This document shows, piece by piece, positions 30,501-39,500 of a DNA stretch of 64,000 bases. Both the position numbers and the translations under genes were made by a program. The notes under the pieces are model-generated. The model had not been told where the DNA came from. It did no database searches and saw nothing but the letters and a program-made list of their open reading frames with translations. Origin of the DNA: an uncultured Gammaproteobacteria bacterium. GTDB lineage: Bacteria > Patescibacteriota > Patescibacteriia > Patescibacteriales > WJLG01. The DNA is taken from assembly GCA_964395625.1 (NCBI GenBank), contig CAYNAR010000004.1:8310-72309 (forward strand), given 5' to 3'. Positions within the stretch are counted from its first letter, which is position 1. The number at the start of each line of letters is the position of its first letter.

Positions 30501-33500
30501 GACGCCGATCGTTTGGATAGCGCCGATTTGCCGATCAACTTCGTCGTTCGCGATACGGCCGGAAATTATAGCTTGCCTTATACGACAGCCGATTCCGCCA
30601 ATCGTCCAGGCGTCGATGCCAATAAACCGACCATATCATCGGTCGTCTTCTCTCCTTCTTCCGGAGTTTTGCGCATCGGGTCGACGACCACGGCCACGAT
30701 CACCGCCGGTGGCAACGAGACCGGTTTGGTCGTCGGATCGACGATGACGATAAACGGCGTTAACGTCGCCTCGACTTTTACAGAGCTTGGCGGTGGACAA
30801 TACCGTGTCACTTATACTGTCGTCGAGGGTAATACTAATCGTTTGGACAGCGCTGATTTACCGATCAATTTCCGTTTACAAGACGGAGCCGGTAATCAAT
30901 CTAATTCTTATACTGTTTCCGATGCCGCCAATAGGCCTGGTATCGATGCTACTCGTCCGACTATTTCCTCCGTTTCTTTCAATCCGTCTTCTGGTGTGTT
31001 GAAAGTTGGTGCCTCGACACAGGCCACCATAACCGCCGGTGGTAGTGAACTTAATTTGGTAGCCTCCAGCACGATGATGTCTATCAATGGAAAGAATGTG
31101 GCTTCAACTTTTGTTTCTTTGGGTGGCGGACAGTATCGTGTCACTTATACGGTGGCCGATGGCGATAATAATATTTTAGATAGTGCCGATTTGCCGGTGG
31201 CTTTGGTGGTTCGTGATATTTCTGGTAACTCCAGTTTGATTTATAATACAGCCGATGCGCTAAACCGCCCCGGAGTCGATACACAGAGACCTGTGATAAA
31301 TAGTGTTTCTTTTACGCCTTCTTCTGGTGTTCTGAAGATTGGCGATACGGCAACTGCTACGATAGTCGCCGCTGGTAATGAGACTGGTTTGACTGCGAGT
31401 ACTACTGGATTATTAATAAATGGTAAAAACGTGGCTAGTACTTTCGTCGAGCTTGGCGGTGGTCAGTATCGTGTCGTTTATGTCGTGGCAGAAGGGGATG
31501 GCGATGTCTCTGATGCTGCCGGTCTTTCCGTTAATTTGTCATTGCTTGATGGTGTTGGTAATAGCGCAGTTCCTTTTACGACAGCTGACGGTGACAACAG
31601 GCCAGGCGTAGATGCTAATCGTCCGACTATTTCCTCGGTTTCATTCAATCCTTCTTCCGGTCTTTTAAGAATCGGCGCCTCGGCCAGTATAACCATTACT
31701 GCCGGTAATTCCGAGACCGGACTTTCCGCCTCGACAACTCTTTTGGTTAACGGCAAGAATATTGCCGGCACTTTCTCGTCGTTGGGTGGCGGTCAATACA
31801 GAGTGACTTATACTGTGGTTGATGGGGATACCGATATCTCTGACAGCTTGGATCTGCCAGTATCTTTGCAATTGTCCGATGCGGCCGGCAATCGTTCCTT
31901 AGTCTATAATGCGGCTGATATTGCCAATCGTCCAGGTGTCGACGCTCATACACCTTCTATAATCAATGTGTCTTTTGCTCCGACTTCCGGTTATTTACGT
32001 ATCGGTCAATCGGCGACCATAACCATTACGGCTGGCAATTCTGAGGCAGGACTTCTGGCCTCGACAACGGCCATGACGGTTAATGGTAGAAATGTTTCCG
32101 GTGCCTTTACCGATTTAGGTGGTGGGCAGTATAGAGTTATTTATACCGTTGCTTCCGGTGATTCGGATATTCCGGACGCCAACGATTTACCAGTTAGCTT
32201 CATTATGACGGATGCGGCGTATAATCAAACAGCCGTTTATAATACGGCCGATGCGGCCAATCGGCCAGGAGTCGATGCCAATGCCCCATCCATATCTTCC
32301 GTTTCTTTTAGTCAGACAAATGGATTGTTGAGAATTGGTGCTGGTGTTGATTTGACTATTACGGCTAATAATAATGAGACCGGTTTAACAGCTTCAAGTA
32401 CGATGATGCTGGTTAACGGTAGAAATGTTTCTGGTACGTTTGTTGAGTTGGGCGGCGGACAGTATCGAATTACTTATACCGTGATAAAGGGTGACACGGA
32501 CATATCAGATGCCGCCGATTTGCCTATTAGTCTATCCTTGGTGGATTTGCTTGGTAATTCGTCAGCCATTTACACCACAGCCAATGCCGCCAATCGTCCC
32601 GGTGTTGATGCTCATCAGCCGGTTGCGCCAGGCAATCTTGTTTACAGCTCTAATACTAATAATAGTATAACTTTTGATTTTGGCAGTGCTTCCTCTGATA
32701 CGAATTTCGATTATTATACTATATATTATAAGGTCGGTGTCTCTGGTGTTGGCATTAATGATTCGTCTTGGTCGTCTTCTTCCAACGCTAATTTAGGTTA
32801 CGCTAATTACAATGGTGCCGGTACGATAACAATCTCAGGCCTCTCCACTAGCACCGATTATGTGTTTAGGATTTATGCCTACGATTCCGCAGGTAATTCC
32901 AGTAGTTCGGCCGCGGAAGTTACAGCGCACACCAATAAGTCTCCCTCCGCTCCTTATTCTTTGAGTCAGTTCAGGATTTCGAATTTTAGTTTCGGCTCCT
33001 ATTCTAATGGTTCTTGGATAACCGATCAGCAAGCGATGCTTGGCGCTTTTAGCGCTGTCGACGAGGTAGCTGATGAAGAGCTGACGATTTATTATCAGTT
33101 CGTGCCGGTGGCCAATTCTTTCGCGACGGCGACATCCGTTCCATCATCGGCTTGCGCCCCTTATAGCAATTACTCTAGTTGCTCATCTGATTTTTGGTAT
33201 GGCAGACACGACGCGACTTGGTGGAATGATAATTATCATTCCCGCCAAGAGATAAATTTTGGAACCAACCATTCTTTATTACCTATCGGTTATACCGCTT
33301 CTGTCGCTATGGACACCAGGGTCGGGTCGACGTTTGTGCTAAGGAGTAATGGAGATGATATTAGAATCGTATGGCAGTCTTCTTCGACTGATCCTGTCGA
33401 AATAGATAGGATTTCGACTAATGGGTGGAATAATTCAGCTTCTAACATATTATTCAAGTTGCAATCCGAGATAGCGGCTAACGGTAATACTGACGACGAT

Positions 33501-36500
33501 GGAAAATATTACATCTATTATTCCTATAGTAGCGCCGTCAATCCGCCGATAAATCCGGCTAATATATACGCAGAGTACGATGATTTTAACGGAACATCCC
33601 TAGGCGCTCAATGGACTACGGTCGACAAAGATCTTGTCAGTGGGACATCCTTCTCCGTAGGTAGTGGATTGTTGAATATTGCGGCTGGCGGTACCGATAC
33701 TTGGACTGCTAATGATGAATATGGGGCGATTTATCAATCTTTTTCCGGGGATTTTGAAGCTACTTTGAGAATTACGTCTCAGGGGTATGCTAATGATTGG
33801 TCCAAGGCAGGTATTATGGTTAAAGACGATATGTCGACTACGGCGGCTAACGACGGCTATACTTTTATGGTCGCGACTCCGGCCAATCAATATTCTTTCC
33901 AGTATGATGCTACTGCCGATGGATATTTAGAAGGTAACTTGCAGGCCGGCGGACAAGTCTCCTTGCCAGCTTGTGTCAGATTGATAAAGTCAGGAACTGA
34001 TTTTAGCGGTTATTATTCGACGGATTGTTCGACTTTTACGCAAGTCGGAACTACGCAGAGCTTGACTACGGCCGATGCGACACAGCACATCGGTATCGGT
34101 AATACTTCTCACGCCGGAGCCACACTAAGTTCCAGTTATTTCGATTACATAATGATTAAAGCCAATGTCAGTAATCCAGAAGAGTCTTCTTTGTCTGATA
34201 TGGAGGCGAATTTATTCACTGGAACTGTTGTGAACGGTATCACCGATTCTTCCACTGGCTATAAATGGCAAGTCATGGCTTGCTCCGATAAAGGGGTTTG
34301 TTCGGATTGGGTTCGCTATAACGACACCATTCCGAATTTGAGATTCGATAGTACGCATCCGACGGCTCCGGGAGCTATAAGCATCGGAAAATACGGATCG
34401 ACTTTTGTCGACGTAGTGTTCGGATCCCAGACCAGCGAAGCTAATTTCGCGCAGTATAAAGTTTATTATAAGACAGGATTGAATCAAGTGATATCGGTAG
34501 GTGATTTGTCTTGGGGCTCCTCTTCTGATTCTGATTTGAGCTACATCAATTTCAATGGCACACCTTCAACCACTATAGATGTCTTGGCCGCCGACACGCA
34601 ATATACTTTCGCAATCTTCGCTTTCGATGCGGCCGGCAATTACGCTAGCTCTACTATAGTTTCCGTGACTACCGGCAGTAGTGCCAACCCTCCGACCGGT
34701 TATTTTAATAGTGTCGCCCAAAAGACCGATGGTACCGGCGCGGTCGATATCTCGATAGAGGCCGACGACCTCGATAATAATGACACTTTACGAGCTAGAA
34801 TAGATTATTCCGCTGGTTCTTCTTGCTCTTTCGCTTCTCCTCTTGACCCGACGTTAAATTCCGTCGATGCCGATACTACCGCCGATTATGGCGATCCGAA
34901 AGTCGACAATGACGAGATTTATCAAGTCGGTTCTTCGACCGGATGGATACTCACGTCGCCCGGATCGAATACCGTAAATTTTGACTGGTTGTCTAAAACC
35001 GACGTTTCATCGGCTAATGGAGTCTATTGTTTGCGTCTCACTTTGAGCGATGGCACATATCAGCAAACGCAGTCGGCTACCACGACTGTGACTCTGGATA
35101 ATTTGAACCCGACGACACCCGGTCCATTATCGCTTTCTAAGCAAGAGGGGAATGACATAGAGTTGTATCTTGGGGCCACTTCGACGGAAACCAATTTTTA
35201 TAGGTATAGAATATTCTACAAAAGGGGTTATGGCGGAGTGACCGAAAGCGACACCGAGCATGCGGACATTAATCTTAATAATGTAGATTTTAATGGAGTG
35301 ACTACTACGACCATAAGCGGTTTAGTCCAAGGATATACATATACTATCAATATTTGGGCTTATGATATTTATGGTAATAAATCGGCGTCTAACGAAGTTC
35401 AAATTTCCGTCAATAAGCCACCGGTAAATCCAACCGACTTAGTTCAGGAAGAGCACGATGGTGTGAGTTTCTATAGTTTGACCAATGGGGCCGTGGCTAT
35501 GCACGGAGATATCCATTTGTCCGCCTACGGTCTGGATGTCGACTCAACTTCCACTCATTTCTATTTTCAAGTGGCGACTACCGGAGAGGAACTCCTTGTT
35601 GCTACCACGGTTCCTTTGCAATACTGCGCATCCACCACTCCTTGGAACGATTGTTCGTTGAAGATTTGGGGGTCGGCGGAGACTTTACAAGAAACCGGAC
35701 AATGGTATGACGCTTCATGGCTTCGCCGTAGCAGGATTACTATCGACAAGAGCAAGATAAGAGATGATTACCTTAGCTTTCCCGTCGCCATCGCTTCCGG
35801 CTCTTCCGCATATTTAATGAATTATTTGGATGAGAATGCTTCCGATATAGTTTTTACCGCCAGCGACGGCATAACTCCGATACCATTCGAAAGGGAGTTT
35901 TATAGCTCTTCGACCGGTCGTTTCGCTTTTTGGGTCAAGACTGATATAGCATCTGATACAGATGAAGTTATATATGCGTATTACGATAACCCTTATAATG
36001 TATTAGACTTTTCTACGACCACTTTTTGGTCGACTGCCTATGCTGGTGTTTGGCATCTGTCCGAGAATGGCGCTAGCTCTTTAAGACAAGATCGTAGTCT
36101 TTATGCTAATAATGCCACTGCTCATAATTATGATGGCGACGAGGACAATTATTACTGGGTCGATGGAACTGATGATTTTGATGGCGTGGATGATTATTTA
36201 AGTATTAATGATGCCAACTCCTTGGATATGACCGGGTCTTTCTCTTTGGCTCTTTGGTTTAATCCGGATACTGTCGAGAATGTTCAAGATCTTACGGCCG
36301 CGGGTTATACTCGTTATCAGATAGTCGGTTTGCGCTGGAATGTTGCCGGAACGGCTGACTGCACTCCGGATGCCGACTTTAATCCGGCTGCGATACAACC
36401 TTATGCCGGTGCTACTTATGGTAATAGTTCTTGGCTTAATGGATCGACTTGGGCTGTCTATGACACATCGCTTTCTTCGGTTTATGGCGACTACACTCAG

Positions 36501-39500
36501 TATAGTATAGATTTCGACACTATTTGGGGGGGCGATGTCGGCAATAGTGAAGTCTATATGGTTTCGTATTTGTATTCCCCTCGCGAAAAACAAGTGACTT
36601 TCTCCGTCGGATCCGATGACACAAGAATGGTTTGGATCAATGGTCATTTGGCGCATCAGGAGTGCGTCGATCAGGGGTTGGTGGTTGATGATCAGAATTT
36701 CAATTATACCCTCAAACAGGGCTGGAATACTTTTATAATGCGCGTGTCCGAGAATGCCGGAGGCTGGGGTGGGCAGTGGCGCGTCTCTTCGACCACTCAA
36801 GGAATGAAATATACCGCCAACCCAAGGATTATAGCCGATAAACAATCCTATCAGTTGTCGCTAAAGGGTAGTTATCTTTCCGGTTTTTACGGCACCACTT
36901 CCGTCGATTGTCTTATCGCTACTGGCACTTGGCAAGGAGCTGCCTTAATAGGTGGTCCGAACAGTTTAGATTTGGTCTTTATTGATAAATCTTGCGCCTC
37001 TACCACTTTTAGTGGGACTGTTACGGCGAATAATCAGCCGTTGATATTTGGTCGCAATTTCGATGGTAAATTGGACGAGATTCGTATCAGGTCTTTAAGT
37101 ATCACGAAGAATTTAGCTATGACTATTAATAATCTAAGTCGACCTTATGCCATGGATGACATTTATCGAGAGGTGGTCCCTAAGGTGCAGACTAATATAG
37201 AGCTTTTTGGAATTCCCGATTCTTCGTCCGGCTATAAATGGCAGGTTTTCACTTGTGACAGCAAGGGTGCCTGTTCCGATTGGGTGAAATTCGATCAGAA
37301 CGCCCCTAACTTTTATATTGATTCGACAGCGCCGACCACGCCCGGACCTTTGACTATCGACGGGCAGACTGCCAATAGTATAACTTTGAATTTTGGCAGT
37401 CAGACCCAAGACACTTTCTTTAACGAGTATAGAGTCTATTATAAAGTCGGTTCTTCCGGAGTTTCTGAAAGTAATACTCTTTGGGGTTCATCGTCCGATG
37501 CCGACCTTAATTTTATCGATTTCAACGGCTCTGGGTCGACTACGGTCACCGGTCTTGCCAATGGCACTCAATACGTCTTCAATATTTGGGCTTATGACCA
37601 ATTCGGGCGTAAGGCCAGTGCTTCGGCGGAGGTTGCCGGTTATACCAACTTCGCACCAACGTCCACCTTGTTGACGGCCATTCAGCGCAATGATGGTTCC
37701 GGGCGCATCGATATCTCTGCCTCGTTTTTTGATCAAAACGGCGATGGCTTGAAGGCTAAATTGGAGTATGGCACATATTACGGATCGGCTTGCGTTTTCG
37801 CCCCGGCTCAAGATCTGACCTTGGATGAGGCCGACTATAACGCCACCTCCACACAAGGAGATGCTAAGATAGAAAATGATAATGAGTACCAAATAGGCAA
37901 TGTTTCCGGAATGATTATTACTTCCGGAGGCGTCAATATGGTCAGTCTAGATTGGTTGTCGGTGCTTGATTTGCCGTCCGGAGATGGTAATTATTGTCTG
38001 CGCTTGAAGGCCAATGATGGTGTCGACGACCAGATATCTCCGGCGACGACTACCGTTATCGTGGACAATGTCTCTCCTACAAAGCCGGGAGTATTGACTT
38101 TTGCCCGTCGTAGTAGTAACTCCATAACTTTGGCTTTTGGCAACGCTTCTTCCGATACTAATTTCTATAAATATAGATTATTGTACAAACAGGGGGTCTC
38201 TCCGATAACCGAGTTAAACTCTTTAGAGCTAGTGGATTCGGATTTGGACTACATCAATTATAATGGAACGGCTACTACTAGTGTCGGCGGTCTTTTGCCT
38301 GGCATGCAATACAGTTTCTCTCTATTCGCTTATGATGACTATGGTCATAAGTCCAGCTCCACTCAGGTGACGTTCACCACTAATCATCTCCCGTTGATTT
38401 CCTTCAACGCGGCATCTCAGAGAACTGATGGTACGGGGCGCGCGGATATTTCCATCGAGACTTACGACATCAACGGCGATCAAGTGAAGGTTAAGGTGGA
38501 GTATGGGTCTTACTCGGGTGGACGTTGCTCCTTTTCTTCTCCGCAAGACCCGACTTTGGATACTACTGATGTTAATACTACAGCTGATTTCGGTGACCCT
38601 AAGGTCGATAACAGCGAGGCTTATCAAATCGGTTCTTCTACTGGATATGTCTTGACCAACTCGGGTTCAAATACGGTCAACTTTGATTGGTTGTCCGGAT
38701 TAGATTTGGCATCTTCCGAAGGAATCTATTGTCTTAGGGCGACGGCTAACGATGGCGATGCCGATTCTTTATCGGCCACGACGACTTTGATGATAGACAA
38801 TGCCGCTCCATCTATTCCAGGAAATCTCGGCGTCTCTTCGGTTAACGGTGACGATGTCGAACTTTCTTTTGGTAGTCAATCGACAGACACCAACTTCTCG
38901 CAATACAAGATATTCTATAGACAAGGGAGTACGACCGCTCCGACGGAGAGCGATAGTTCTTTTGATAAATTAAGAGATCCGGATTTAGGCTATATCAACT
39001 TCAATGGTACGGCCACTACGGTGATAACCTCTTTGGTGCAGTTGGTTGATTATTCTTTCAGGATATTCGCCTATGATTCTTATGGCAATAAGTCCGGTTC
39101 CGTTTCTTATGTGTCTACATCCACGCAACAGGTGCCTCCGGCCACATGGAGAGAGGCGGAAGATGTCGTCGATCCGACGGTAAGCAATTACCTAGGGAAG
39201 AATAAGACGGTTCGTGTCAGAATCAGTATAGCTAACTTGGGCGATTGGCAGAGCGAGGATAGATTCAAGATTCAATACGTATTGAAGGGCTCTTCTTGCT
39301 CGTCTGCCTTGGGATGGCTCGATGTGGCGACGACTACGGCTGGTCGTCATTTCATGATGTCGGATAGCGAGAACATCTTGGATCAAGAGGTGAGTGTGCA
39401 GCGTTTTTCCAATAGTGAGGGGTATGGTTTCATTCCTGGATATATGGTGGATAATTTATCCAATATCAGCGCTTCTACTACTTTATTTGGTGGGCAGTAC

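Noticed and set aside
29979-32612. Regularly spaced repeats considered as a possible CRISPR array
   Set aside because: The period is about 330 nt, not 60-75 nt. The repeats are in frame within ORF2 and conserved at the protein level. There is no short-repeat/unique-spacer structure and no cas genes.
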